Below are positions 21,648 to 32,345 of a DNA stretch of 64,000 nt, piece by piece; positions within the stretch are counted from its first letter, which is position 1; each line of letters begins with the position of its first letter. The notes beneath the pieces are model-generated. The model had not been told where the DNA came from, made no database searches, and worked only from the letters and a program-made list of their open reading frames with translations. Both the position numbers and the translations under genes were made by a program. The stretch lies in contig CAVTRY010000012.1 in NCBI GenBank assembly GCA_963737265.1, positions 32,001 through 96,000 of the forward strand. Direction: 5' to 3'. Source of the stretch: an uncultured delta proteobacterium. GTDB lineage: Bacteria; Myxococcota_A; Polyangia; Fen-1088.

Positions 21648-23075
21648 CATAGGCATTAACCCAAAAACTTGCGATTTCTCCAAGAACGCCCGCATATGCT
21701 CGGGATGGACAACATAGCGAAGGACAGCACCACGGGCGACTGGCCAATGATTGCGGCGCAGCTTCCATCCGGATGGGAGGATCTGGCGGTCGAGATGGGC
21801 GTGGTCTACACGAAGTTTCCGGCGCACATGGGCACGAAGGTGACCGAGGCGGCACATTTGCTGCAGCCGATTCTGTACCAGGTGGCGACGAACTCGTCGC
21901 TGGCCGTGACGGTGGCGATGGCGGCGGCGGCCGGGGTGATCAAGATGTCGGCAGTCGGGCTGCACAAGCGAATGAGAACCATTGGTCCCTACCTGGCGCG
22001 ACTGGTGACGCTGATGACGGATGCCGAGGCTTCGTTCGCAGCGGAGCGATGGGCGGGCTACGACGTGGTGATCGTGGACGGCTCTTCGGTGTCGCGGCCA
22101 GGAGCCGAGGGCACCACGGCTCGCGTTCACTATGCGCTGCGCTTGAGCACGTTGCGGCCTGTGCAAATCGAGGTCACGGATGACAAGGGCGGCGAGACGT
22201 TCAGAAACTTCGATGCCGAGGCGGGACAACTGTGGATGGGCGACCGCGGCTACTCGAACCCGCCTGGCATAGCGGCGATCATGGCGGCGGATGCCGACGT
22301 ACTGGTCCGATACAACCGTGGCTCGCTTCCTCTGTACGGCATGAACGGGCAGCTACTCGACGTTCAGCGAATGCTGGCTCGCCTCAAGCATCCGGGGGTT
22401 GCACGCGAATGGTACGCAGAGGTCCATCCGCAGGGTGGCAAGGCGATCGCTGGCCGGCTGTGCGCGTTGCTCTTGCCGCCCGACAAAGCAGAGGAGGCTC
22501 GGCAGCGCGCGCGACGGGAACAAGGTCCGTCTGTGACTGAGGAAACCCTTGCGGCCGCGCAGTACGTGGTGGTGTTCACGACCGTACCGAGGTCGCGGCT
22601 GACCGCCGCCCTGGTCATGGAACTATACGGCCTCCGCTGGCAAATCGAGCTTCACATCAAGCGGGACAAATCCATCGCAGGGCTCGACCGACTGCCCAAC
22701 TTTCGCAACGACACTGTCTATTCCTGGATTTGCGCCAAGATGCTGCTTACCCAGATCGCCCGCAAACTTGCTACACCCAACGTGGCTATTCCCCCCTGTG
22801 GAGAACTCGACTGGTTCGGCATCCGACGAGCCGCAGAAAGGCGTCAGGGCCGGACTCAGGCGATCAAAGCACCGGGTCGTAGCCGAGCCATGGCGTCTCA
22901 TGACCGTCCTCTGGCAAACCGTATGCGCGGCGCTCACGCCGATCAGCGCCAGTCGGTTTCCCGATTTCTTGCAGGCATTCCTTGACCACCTTCAACTCCA
23001 AGTCCCGCGCAAGCGTCTACGCAGCGCCGTTAAGTTCCAGCAACATCTTGCGGAGGAATTGGGTTAATGCCTATG
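21648..23075 (+). mobile_element. IS4-family insertion sequence (1428 bp)
   Basis: TIRs CATAGGCATTAACCCAA / TTGGGTTAATGCCTATG. 11-bp TSD GGGTGGGGACT at 21637-21647 and 23076-23086. Confidence 0.93.
21696..22985 (+). CDS. IS4-family transposase
   Basis: IVDGS, GDRGY, YGLRWQIELHIK (YREK signature). Confidence 0.9.
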   Translation: MLGMDNIAKDSTTGDWPMIAAQLPSGWEDLAVEMGVVYTKFPAHMGTKVTEAAHLLQPILYQVATNSSLAVTVAMAAAAGVIKMSAVGLHKRMRTIGPYLARLVTLMTDAEASFAAERWAGYDVVIVDGSSVSRPGAEGTTARVHYALRLSTLRPVQIEVTDDKGGETFRNFDAEAGQLWMGDRGYSNPPGIAAIMAADADVLVRYNRGSLPLYGMNGQLLDVQRMLARLKHPGVAREWYAEVHPQGGKAIAGRLCALLLPPDKAEEARQRARREQGPSVTEETLAAAQYVVVFTTVPRSRLTAALVMELYGLRWQIELHIKRDKSIAGLDRLPNFRNDTVYSWICAKMLLTQIARKLATPNVAIPPCGELDWFGIRRAAERRQGRTQAIKAPGRSRAMASHDRPLANRMRGAHADQRQSVSRFLAGIP

Positions 23076-23443
23076 GGGTGGGGACTGGGGTGGGGACAGG
23101 GGCGGAGGCAGCGATGGTGCCCAGGCGCATCTGGGGCTAGGGAGAAGAGTAACGCGCCCGCCCGAAAGCGCATTCACCAGCCCGCTCACTGCGCAAGAAC
23201 CGAATACTCTAACCAGATCCTCAACCCAGCTCCGGTCGTGTCCTGTGGTCATTTTCGACATTGCAGTCCCTCCGTGTCAGCGATCTGCCGACATCTGTGT
23301 TGCCATTTTGTTGCCGTGACTATGCAGCCACGCCTGGTACTGAACGGAACACAACGGAACGGCGCGGGACTGCCTCGATGAATGATTTCCGAGGGTTACC
23401 GGCCAAGGTCCCGTCCCGCCTCAGGTTTTCGAAAACCATTCAG

Positions 23444-23468
23444 CGGGGGCAGTACCCGGCGCCTCCAC
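23444..23468 (+). ncRNA. tmRNA (ssrA) 3'-end-like fragment, probable att remnant
   Basis: CGGGGGCAGTACCCGGCGCCTCCAC resembles the alphaproteobacterial tmRNA T-arm (GGCAGTA loop) and acceptor strand. No upstream tmRNA body recognised. Confidence 0.5.
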
Positions 23469-23610
23469 AACGCAAGCTCTTGATTTTCCTCGGACTTTTC
23501 GTCGACTGTAGCAAACCCCGTAGCAAAGCAATCGGCTGCCGCGGCTTTGCAGCCCTGCTGCGAACGAAGACATTAGGAACTTCTTGTTCGCAACAGCGAC
23601 GCCATGGAAA

Positions 23611-24195
23611 TCAATGAGGAATTGTCTCGCCAGGAAGAGTGGCTTGCTGCCCAAGACAGCGCTCGCACGAGATCGCACGATTGGCGGCCATGCGAGCTGC
23701 CCGCGCATTGCCCTTCGCCAGCGCCAGTTCGTCGGGCACTTTGGCGCCGGTCCCAAAGAACATCTCGTCAGGCGTCTGCCCGCTGAACGCTGCATGCGGC
23801 ATCGTCGTGTTTTGCTCGTTGACGTAGAATTCTACCATCGCACGAACGCGCGCCACAGAATCCAAGGTATTCAAGAACAACCATTGATTCTTCAGCGAAC
23901 GCCAATAGGCCTCGATGAGCGAATTGGAAAAGGCGACCTCAACCTGGGCGAGGATGCGGTCCAAGCATGCGGTGAGCAGGATGGAATCCACCGCGCCATT
24001 CACGTTCTCGACACCGGAATCGGCATACAGCAGCGGCCGGCCCGCAATTACAAGATGCTTGCCGGCGGCCAGCAACACCTGGCACGTGCTCGATGGGTCG
24101 AAGCGCTCCGCTACCGTCCACGCAAGGATCTTCCGCGAGTAATTGTCCAACACCACGTGGAGATAAGCTTTCGTTCCGTCGAGCAACTTGATGAG
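23611..24195 (-). pseudogene. Integrase-core (rve) transposase C-terminal fragment
   Basis: LHVVLDNYSRKILAW, ADSGVEN, SNSLIEAYWRSLK, PHAAFSGQTPDEMF. Confidence 0.8.
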
Positions 24196-24448
24196 CGTGG
24201 CCAGCCAGCGCCACCGTGCAAAAGCAAAGGACCAAGATGCCGCCGACCACGGCCACCGACTTGGAACCGCCGATGGCCAGCAGCACGATGCCGATGGCCG
24301 ACATCAGAATGGTCGGAATGAGCGCCGTCAGCGTGAACGTCAGGCGCGCGCGATTGAGAAGCCGGGTGGTGGGTGAGCGAAGCCGCAAGCAAGGCTATTC
24401 TGGCAGACAATCGCTGAAACTGCCGCGCCGAGGACCAAGAAAAAGCAG

Positions 24449-25780
24449 CTAGCTTCCTTCCGGACCGATGACCGGCGCCACCGGCGGCTCGCTCTCGGTT
24501 CGCCTTTCGCGCAGCAGAAGCACGAGAATTCCCAGGCTGGCGAGGTTGCTGCACGCGACGACCAAGGGACCGATGACGTTGCCCGGTACCTTGAGGGTCA
24601 GACAAGACGAAGCCGCCACGGCGAGGGTCGCAACATAGACGATGTCGCCGGCCAGGATGGTTGGCGTGCGATGTTCGAGGGCCGCCAGCGCCTCGCGGTG
24701 GCAACGCAAGGCCACGGTGATGGGAAACCCCACGAAGAGCAAGGCCGTGGTGCGCACCAAGGGCAGATCCGCGGCGGGAAGCCGCTGCACCGACTGGTAG
24801 TACCACTGGCAAAGTCCCGGCAAAAGGAAGACTAGCGGAACGAACGAAAGTAGCGCACCCACCGCGACAGAGAAGCGAAACGTGCGGTCGTCCTCGCGCG
24901 AGCGCGGGGGAAACGAAATCGCGACGTTCTGCACGGTCTTGGCGGCGTAGGCGGCCGGATTGGCCAGACCCGCGGCCAGGTAGTAGGCGGGCAACATGCG
25001 CTCCGGCTGACCGCCACGGGCGATAACGCCGCCCAAAATCATTCCCGCCGAGGTCATGAGAAACCCGCCGAGCGAGAGCGGCAGCGCGAAGAACATGATG
25101 GTGCGCTTGCTCGGCGCCAAGGCCGCGTCCCCCGCCAGCGCCGCCTCGAACGGCCGGCTGTACCACCACGACATGATCACCTCGATGCCGACGGGAATGG
25201 CCAGGCACACCAAGGCCCAGCGCGGGCCGACCAGCCCCCAGCCGCAGAAAAGCGGCGATAACGCCAAGGTCACGCCGATGCGCGCGAACGTCGCCACGCT
25301 GGCGCGCCCGGAAGCGCCATGGTTGTAAAGCAGTACCTGGTAGGGATTGCGCGCGTAGAACAGCACGTTGAGGGGAATGGTCAGCGGAAAGGCCTGAACC
25401 GCGGCGATTTCGATCGAAGCCGGCAGGCCGAGCAATCGGCCGAACACGAGATGGCCGGCCGCCGGGACGCAGATGACGGCTTGGATGAGCGCCGTGAGGA
25501 AGGAAAACAGGTTGTTGATGGCGATGAAACGCGCGTACCCCGTCCGCGTCCTGGCAAACACCATGCCGGCCGTGACCAGGCCAGCCCCCAGCGTGCCCAC
25601 GAGAAACATCACGATGTTGGCCTGCGCCACGCCCGCCAGGTTCAAAGCCCCACCCCGCCCGTGCGAGGCGACCATGGCGATGAGCGGGTAGCTCAGGCTC
25701 TGCGACGCCGCCTGCAGCGCGAGAGGAATGAAATACGCGGTGAGACTTTGGGCGGACGGAGGTGGCTCGGATTCATGCAT
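24449..25780 (-). CDS. MATE/ANKH-like multi-pass membrane transporter
   Basis: About 12 TM helices. YFIPLALQA and FFALPLSL internal duplication typical of the MOP superfamily. Confidence 0.65.
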   Translation of the reverse strand: MHESEPPPSAQSLTAYFIPLALQAASQSLSYPLIAMVASHGRGGALNLAGVAQANIVMFLVGTLGAGLVTAGMVFARTRTGYARFIAINNLFSFLTALIQAVICVPAAGHLVFGRLLGLPASIEIAAVQAFPLTIPLNVLFYARNPYQVLLYNHGASGRASVATFARIGVTLALSPLFCGWGLVGPRWALVCLAIPVGIEVIMSWWYSRPFEAALAGDAALAPSKRTIMFFALPLSLGGFLMTSAGMILGGVIARGGQPERMLPAYYLAAGLANPAAYAAKTVQNVAISFPPRSREDDRTFRFSVAVGALLSFVPLVFLLPGLCQWYYQSVQRLPAADLPLVRTTALLFVGFPITVALRCHREALAALEHRTPTILAGDIVYVATLAVAASSCLTLKVPGNVIGPLVVACSNLASLGILVLLLRERRTESEPPVAPVIGPEGS

Positions 25781-25821
25781 CGGTACAATAACGAGGTGCC
25801 TGGCACATGGCCGGTGTTCGG

Positions 25822-26301
25822 CTACGGCCGCTCGCCGGCTTGCAGAAGGACTCTTGCGACAAGCTCGTCCGAAAGGAAGAGACCCTCGGCGCGCGCCCGG
25901 TCGATCTCCGGGCCTACCGCCCGTAGGAGTCCCGCCTTCTTGGCTTGAAGCAAGACGTGCATGGTTCCGTGCGCAACCAAGCCCAGAACATCGGCGCATC
26001 GCCTGGCAGAGCGATCGTCGAGAACCGCGACATCCGCGCACTCGAGAACGGCATAGGTCAAGACTTCGCTTTCACCACGACCCAGATCCCAGCTAGCGAC
26101 GATTGCATCGATCGCTTCGACGGTTGCGGTGCGGAAGGACGCGAGACGGCTCGGGGCGATCGGGCGAGGGCCACGAGAAATTTCGGCGAGGACTCCGCCG
26201 GGGACGACCAAGGTGTGGCCAAGGCCGGCCAACAGGTCGAGCTGGTCAAGCCGGTCGAGAATGATGAGCGGCGAAGCGTTGACGACCCAGACCTCAGCCA
26301 T
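25822..26301 (-). CDS. DUF3368 PIN-domain putative toxin
   Basis: VVNASPLI, LGRGESEV, LDDRSARR, GTMHVLLQAK. Confidence 0.85.
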   Translation of the reverse strand: MAEVWVVNASPLIILDRLDQLDLLAGLGHTLVVPGGVLAEISRGPRPIAPSRLASFRTATVEAIDAIVASWDLGRGESEVLTYAVLECADVAVLDDRSARRCADVLGLVAHGTMHVLLQAKKAGLLRAVGPEIDRARAEGLFLSDELVARVLLQAGERP

Positions 26302-26548
26302 GCCCCGGCCCCGCGGCGAAATCATCCTCGTCAACCTGAAACGGCGAGACTCGGTAGCGCGAGAGTAGGTCGAGAAACTCAGAGCGGCTGATGCCGAGAA
26401 TTTCCGCGCCCTTGCTTTGCGATACCATGCCCACCTCGTACCACTTGGACACGGCGGCACGCTTCAGTTCCTCGGCGAACTCGGCCGGGCCAGTGCGTAA
26501 TACGGAAAGTGCCCCCTCGGGAAGCACGACGTTGACGGTGACGCTCAT
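26294..26548 (-). CDS. UPF0175-family putative antitoxin
   Basis: AVSKWYEVGMVSQSKGAEILGISRSEFL. Overlaps the toxin start. Confidence 0.85.
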   Translation of the reverse strand: MSVTVNVVLPEGALSVLRTGPAEFAEELKRAAVSKWYEVGMVSQSKGAEILGISRSEFLDLLSRYRVSPFQVDEDDFAAGPGHG

Positions 26549-26744
26549 GATCGGAGTCTAGCGCCGATCTCGCGGTTGTGGACGTTCGGTTTGTCGAATC
26601 CCGTGCTGCCCTGAAGCTCATCGCGAAAATCGTGGGCGGGGCGAATTCGCGGACTTGGGAGGCAGATTCAGGCATTATTGTTGCTCCGTGAGACACGCAA
26701 ATGGGACCTGAAATTCTCTTGTCTCCAACGCGAACGGGCGTAAC

Positions 26745-27088
26745 CTGTGGTACTTCAAGTCCTCCATGACCCCGGCTCGAAGGAAGGCCCGCACCGAGCG
26801 AGCAACCTTCGTGTCGTTCACGCGTCGACGAATTCGCTCCATCAACGTGTGATGGTCGATGTTGTCGAAGCATGCTTTGATATCGCCTTCGACGGCGTAC
26901 TGGTATGGGAGCCGGCGCTCTTGCGTCGAGCCGGTCGGCCGTGGGCGAAGGAGCATCCGAAGATGCTCGATAGCCGCATGCACCGAACTGCCAGGGCGAA
27001 AGCCATACGAAATCGGAAAGAAATCCGCTTCGTAAATCGGCTCCAGGATGTTCTTCAGGGCTGCTTGTACGACTCGGTCTTCTCATGT
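26745..27088 (-). pseudogene. Group II intron reverse transcriptase internal fragment
   Basis: DRVVQAALKNILEPIYEADF, SYGFRPG, EGDIKACFDNIDH, FLRAGVME. Confidence 0.88.
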
Positions 27089-27259
27089 TCAAAGTTGAGA
27101 CCCTTGGTGCGGTAGGTGACCGCCTTTACCCCTGGCAGCGCTGACCTCCTGTCGAATCGAGATAGAACGGCGGCACACCCATACGGGTGTACCCAGTTGG
27201 GCCCAGTATACCCACCGGGCTCGGTCTGCATTCTCCCTGATGGGAGTCATTGTTCCATA

Positions 27260-27554
27260 CAGAGTCGGAAACATCCTGCGCCGGAGCCGCCATCTGCCTA
27301 TGCAAGTGGCGGTTGCGCAGGTGAATTCCGTCCTGCGGGGTTGGGTGAACTACTTTCGTGTCGGCAACTCGGGGACGGCGTTCGGCAAAATCAAGTACGA
27401 GGTCGAACGCAAGGTGAGGCGACTGGCGGCCAAGAAGTGCAAGCGCGAGGGATTCGGCTGGAAGCGGTGGAGTAGCGCCGTGGTGTACGGAACGTGGGGC
27501 CTCTTTCGAGACTACCGCGTGGTGTACTGGAGCGCGAAAGCATGCCCTGGCTGA
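27260..27554 (+). pseudogene. Group II intron maturase (domain X) C-terminal fragment
   Basis: VNSVLRGWVNYFRVGNS, GFGWKRWS. Confidence 0.85.
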
Positions 27555-27589
27555 ACGGACCCATAACCCCGATAGAAGACGCCTTCGCG

Positions 27590-27740
27590 GTGAGCCGTGA
27601 TGCGGAAAATCCGCCTGTCCGGTTCGATGTGGCGGGGGCCGGAGACGAAGTGATGGAACCCCTAAACGGGCACGAAGCTGGAAACGGCGGACACAGCCAA
27701 GGGGCGTCCTGTACACCACCGCGCCGGTCCCCGACCCGAC
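27590..27740 (+). ncRNA. Group II intron domains V-VI and 3' splice site
   Basis: GAGCCGTGATGCGGAAAATCCGCCTGTCCGGTTCGATGTGGCGGG (DV), long DVI hairpin, ends CCCGAC. Confidence 0.85.
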
Positions 27741-27907
27741 TCCACTTGTGATCAGCTACGGAATCGTCCAATGCGTGGTGGCTTGCTGACAGCCGGCCCC
27801 GCACCCAGGGCCGTTGGGTTGGAAGCTGGTATGGGTCGGAGTGACCGACTGATCGAGAACAACGGTTCCGGTGCTGGACGTCAACTACATTCACCCGGTG
27901 ACGTCAA

Positions 27908-28755
27908 TTACATCGCCCCATTGTTGTCGGGGGTAGTTGTCGTTGGTTGATCGGTAGTTGTCGTAGTTGTCGCTGGGGTGGTGACGCCTCTCTTTCGTGC
28001 TTCTTCGCTGCGGTAGCTGGGGCCGGTCATCTCAAGGATGACCGCGTGGTGGACCAGTCGGTCGATGGCGGCGGCGGTGGTCATGGGATCCTTGAAAATG
28101 CGGATCCAATCGCTGAAGACCAGGTTGCTGGTGATGAGGACGCTCTTGCGTTCGTACCGCTCGGCCAGGAAGGTGAAAAGGACCTCCATTTCATCGCGGC
28201 TCTGCTGGACGTAGCCGATGTCGTCGAGGATCACGGCGTGATAGATGTCGAGCGCGGCCAGTTCTCGTTCCAGGCGAAGGTCGCGCTTGGCGGCCAGCAG
28301 CCCTGGACAAGCGCGAAGGTCGGCGTGAAGAGGACCCGGTAGCCGCGCCGGATGAGTTCGTGGCCGATGGCAGCCACAACGTGACTTTTGCCTCGGCCGG
28401 GCAGTCCGAAGACGAGCAGGTTCTCCCCACGTTCGACAAAGCCACCCTCACACAGGCTCGCCATCTGCTTCATCACCTTGGGTGACAGCCGACCACGTTC
28501 CAGGGTGGCCAGGGTTTTCTCCGTGGGAAGGTCCGAATCGCGAAGCGCGCGATCGATGCGACGGGTTCGGCGCTCTTCGATTTCCAGTTCGGCCAGGTGC
28601 TGGAGGTATTGGCTGAAGGTCCACCCCTCGCGGCTGGCCTTGATCGCGATCTCCTCGGCGTGCCGGGTGAAGGCAGGCAGCTTGAGCGCGCGCAGAAGCA
28701 CCAGCAGAGCGTCGAGCGCGCTCGGCTTGACCGTGTCTACGGAGACGTTGGTCAT
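27908..28755 (-). pseudogene. istB: IS21 helper ATPase, frameshifted near 28240-28305
   Basis: GLPGRGKS and ILDDIGY/ITSNL lie in different frames. Confidence 0.85.
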
Positions 28756-30251
28756 GATGCCACCTGTTCGAGGAGCAGGTCGTAGGACGCGAGATCGACC
28801 AGCGGTGCTTCGAGCGCGGGGACGCTCGGTGGATAGGTACTGTCCGTCGCCTGTGTGCATCTCTTCTTGGTTGCATCCGCCGTCAAGATGGTCCCATCGG
28901 CAAGCAGAGTCGTGAGCGCTTGCTCGACATCGGCTTCCATCGTGCTGGCGGCCAGGTGAAGAATGCGCAGGTATTCAACGTCGCCTTTGATTCCAGGCTT
29001 GGTCGCCTGGATCGCGTCGTATGCCCGCCTGAAAGTCACGCTTGGAAACAGCTCTTCTCGGTAGACGTAGCGAGAAAACGCGCCCGGCTTGCGCACCAAA
29101 GACCAGATGACGTGCCGGTAGTCGATGCGCGCGGTCTTGCCTCGCAGCCTGTCGCAGGCCAATTCCAAGTTGTCGGCGTAGTACACCTCGATTCGGTGCT
29201 CGAACACGCGGACTCTCACCCGTGCGCCGATCAGCCTCGACGGCACCGAGTAGGCGCACGACTTGACCCGGATGGTGCTCGTCGACGCCACAGGTGCCGT
29301 CATTTCTGCGTACTCCGGCAAACGCTCCACCACCAGCGGCCGCATGGCTTCGATCTCCTCGGCGACGCGCGGGCCTCGCGAAGCGTTGGCTTTGCGGACC
29401 ACCTTGGCTACGAAGCGTTCGTAGTCGTCTTGGTCCGCGAAGTCGCGGCTGCCACGCACCAGCAGCGCTTGTTCAAGCCGACGCTTGAGCGCGCCGTTGC
29501 TGGCCTCCACATCGCCGTTTTGTTCCTTGGCCCCGACGGCTGTAGTTCGTGGCTCCATTCCGAGGTGCCGCATGACCGCCTTGTATTCATCGTTGAAAGT
29601 GCGATCTTCCGCATCGCGAGCGATCTGATGTGTCGCCGCCGTCGAGTGGTCGGTTTGGTGGTATCGCGGCACCCGCCCAAGCTGGAACAGCGCCGACTGG
29701 ATCCCTCGCCGAAGCGCTGCCAGAGACTCCGACAGACACGCGGTCGCCCATTGCCAGTTCGAGTACGGCAGCACCGTCACGCACAAAAGGTGCACAAATA
29801 GCTGGCCCACGATCGTCACACCAAGCTCCGCCGTCGACGTGAAGTCGGTTTGCGCGGCTTCACCGGGCCGATGCGCCTGCGTGAACCAAATCTCACGCGC
29901 AGGACCATGCTCGGCCCGCCAGCGACGGATTCGCCGCTGCATTGTCCGAAGATGGCTCTCGTTGTACCGCCCTGGCTGCTTCGCCTCCAGCAGCTCCAGC
30001 ACCGTCTGAGCCTCCAGCCCAGGCGTTTCCTCCAGCAACTTGGCCACGGCTGGCCAGTCCTCGGCGAACGCGTCAGGGCGCGTCCGCCACCACCGCGGCT
30101 GCCGTAGCTCCGACGGTAGCTTGCCCGCGGCGATGTATCGCCGCCCTGTCTTCCGGTCCATGCCCGCCTTCATGGCGGCCTGGCCTACTTTTCCAATCTT
30201 GCTCATCTCTTCCATCAAACGCCTCACTTGGGCGTCGGTGACCGGCTTCAA
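28752..30251 (-). CDS. istA: IS21-family transposase
   Basis: WRTRPDAF, AQTDFT, QTDHSTAA, NGDVE, YSVPSRLIG, IDYRHVI. Confidence 0.9.
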   Translation of the reverse strand: MKPVTDAQVRRLMEEMSKIGKVGQAAMKAGMDRKTGRRYIAAGKLPSELRQPRWWRTRPDAFAEDWPAVAKLLEETPGLEAQTVLELLEAKQPGRYNESHLRTMQRRIRRWRAEHGPAREIWFTQAHRPGEAAQTDFTSTAELGVTIVGQLFVHLLCVTVLPYSNWQWATACLSESLAALRRGIQSALFQLGRVPRYHQTDHSTAATHQIARDAEDRTFNDEYKAVMRHLGMEPRTTAVGAKEQNGDVEASNGALKRRLEQALLVRGSRDFADQDDYERFVAKVVRKANASRGPRVAEEIEAMRPLVVERLPEYAEMTAPVASTSTIRVKSCAYSVPSRLIGARVRVRVFEHRIEVYYADNLELACDRLRGKTARIDYRHVIWSLVRKPGAFSRYVYREELFPSVTFRRAYDAIQATKPGIKGDVEYLRILHLAASTMEADVEQALTTLLADGTILTADATKKRCTQATDSTYPPSVPALEAPLVDLASYDLLLEQVAS

Positions 30252-31084
30252 AGGTGCCTCCTGCCCGCTTGCGGGCTTGGAGGTCTACCTCACGGTCACC
30301 GTCGCGCCTCAAAGCGGGGCGACGTAGCTGTCGTCTTTGGGGAGATGTAATTGTCGCTCAGCATCGGGCTCTAGTCGACCGTGATGGCCCGGCGACAGCT
30401 TTTAGTTTAGAAGCGGCGGCAATTTCGGCCTGCTGCTCAAGGGTAACCCGGCCTTTCCCGTATTATTCGGCGCTGCCAAGCTGGCCTTCAACGCTTTCCG
30501 CGGGCCACGGCCAAGATGGCGGTGGCAAAAACGAAGGCATAGCCAACAGGAAACGGGGCTGCTACTTCTGGAACCCGACAGTACCCGTCGTTATCGCGCT
30601 CTGCGTTTGCGGGGTCCAGGTCATCCTGTTTCCGGAGAAGCAGTAATCGCATGAGTTCGTATCGTCGATGGTGATCACGTTATTCGCGGTGGCGAAATTC
30701 CCACTTGTCGACGCGTCACTGGATACGAACCCAAGCGAGCCAATCGCCGGCACCTGTCAAATCCCGTCAGGGAACGACTGTCAATAACGCGCGTCCCTCG
30801 TGACAGAGCGCCGGGAGCTGCCCTCCAAGATCGCCGCTCTTTCTAACGAAGGGAAACGGCTGGTCGAGGCGGTCAGCAACGTCAAGGGCGCCGGCCAGCG
30901 GCTGCGGCGAAGGCGTCGAGGTCCTTGTGCCTCGATGCAGGCCTGTCGCAAGAACTTGCCTTTGTTCGCGCGAAACCGACGCGTGAACCATAGCGACGAT
31001 TTTCGGGACACCACAGGTTGTGACCGCTCAAGACGTGTCCATAAATGGACCCGTCTTGAAGATTTTTGAAGGGAGGGCCGCTGC

Positions 31085-31273
31085 CAGGGCCATCGCATCA
31101 TCCTACATCGACGCAGGATCCATCAGAGTCTCGGCCATTTCTGGAAGGTTTTCCCCTGGGGTCGGTGCGCGCGCCGGTGTGCAGGCAGGTTCGGCAGCGC
31201 GCACGGGCGCGGAGACCGGCATAACTATCGGCATCTCCGCAAGATCACTTACAATTTAGATGCGTTGGCCCTG
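31085..31273 (-). mobile_element. ISAs1-type MITE (copy A)
   Basis: Near-exact reverse complement of 48259-48448. Ends CAGGGCCATCGCATC / GATGCGTTGGCCCTG. Confidence 0.88.
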
Positions 31274-31494
31274 AAGTGGACCCCTTTGGTAGGACCAGAA
31301 ATGGCCCGAGCTAAGAGAGAGTCCGCGTGGGTTTGTTTGTAGATCCGGGTGAGCCTCGCCGGCAAGGAAATTGTTGAGAGCGGAGGCATGCTGATGGCTG
31401 CTGTCCACGGATGCAATGCGCGCACGGCCCCACAGAAGCAGGTGAACGCGTTGCAGTTGTGGGCAGCGTGCCATCAGCATGATGCAGCGGCGAT

Positions 31495-32331
31495 TTAGGC
31501 GGCCTCTTTCATCGCCGACTTCTTTAGTTCGAATTCGTAAAACGCTACGGGTGTCTGAAATCCAAGGGTTTGGTGAGGCCGCCTGTGGTTGTACTTGTCC
31601 AGGTAGATCGCGATGCCACTGCGGGCGTCGGCCACGTCTCGGTAGTCGTTCAAGTAGACCTCCTCGCATTTGACAGACCGCCATAGACGCTCGACGAAGA
31701 TGTTGTCCATGAATCGGCCGCGACCGTCCATGCTGACCTTTACGCCCTTGTCCAGCAAAACCGATGTGAAGTTGTCGTCGGTAAACTGCGACCCCTGGTC
31801 GGTGTTGAAGATCTCCGGCAAGCCGAAGTTCGCAAGAGCTTCTTCCACGACCTCGATGCAAAAACGGCTGTCCATCGTGTTTGAAATGCGCCAGGACAGA
31901 ACCCGGCGCGTGTACCAATCCATCACGGCGACCAGGTAGCAATGCCCCTGTCTCGTCGGGATGTACGTGATATCCGAGGCCCACACCTGATTGGGCCGAA
32001 TGATCGCGAGATGGCGCAGCAAGTACGGGAATTTCGTATGTTCCGGCGCGGGCACGGTCGTCCGTGGTTTGGGCGCCAGCGCTTCGATGCCCATGATTCG
32101 CATCAGTCTCTGCACCCGTTTGCGATTCACCGTCTGCCCCTGTGCCTTTAGCAACCGTGACAGCTTCCGGCTGCCGAATGCTGGCAATTCGAGATGCAGC
32201 TTGTCCAGCTCCTTGCAGATGGCCAGATCTTCCTCTGCCATCGGCATCGGCTCCCAGTAGATGCCCGATCTCGCAAGATTCAGCAGCTCGCACTGCCGAC
32301 GGACAGATAGGTCGTTGTGGGGCTCGATCAT
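31495..32331 (-). CDS. IS3 OrfB (copy 2)
   Basis: Same protein as 9115-9951. Confidence 0.92.
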   Translation of the reverse strand: MIEPHNDLSVRRQCELLNLARSGIYWEPMPMAEEDLAICKELDKLHLELPAFGSRKLSRLLKAQGQTVNRKRVQRLMRIMGIEALAPKPRTTVPAPEHTKFPYLLRHLAIIRPNQVWASDITYIPTRQGHCYLVAVMDWYTRRVLSWRISNTMDSRFCIEVVEEALANFGLPEIFNTDQGSQFTDDNFTSVLLDKGVKVSMDGRGRFMDNIFVERLWRSVKCEEVYLNDYRDVADARSGIAIYLDKYNHRRPHQTLGFQTPVAFYEFELKKSAMKEAA

Positions 32332-32345
32332 GGCGCGCTTCTCCG

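Larger units (their letters stand above)
20410..23261 (-). pseudogene. Hypothetical Pro-rich-linker protein interrupted by IS4
   Basis: Removing IS4 and one TSD rejoins PLSPPQSPP-PPPTPAPPLPSTD in frame. Confidence 0.65.
27748..30360 (-). mobile_element. IS21-family element 2
   Basis: istA-istB. Left end TGAGCGACAATTACATCTCCCC (rc of 30339-30360), related repeats at 27876-27920. Right boundary approximate. Confidence 0.8.

Noticed and set aside
27090-27260. Possible IS110 end or intron 5' end
   Set aside because: Palindromic, but I could not assign it to a family from sequence alone.
26745-27554. RT as retron, DGR or defence RT
   Set aside because: Domain X and DV-DVI point to a group II intron, and no TR/VR pair or msr-msd was seen.
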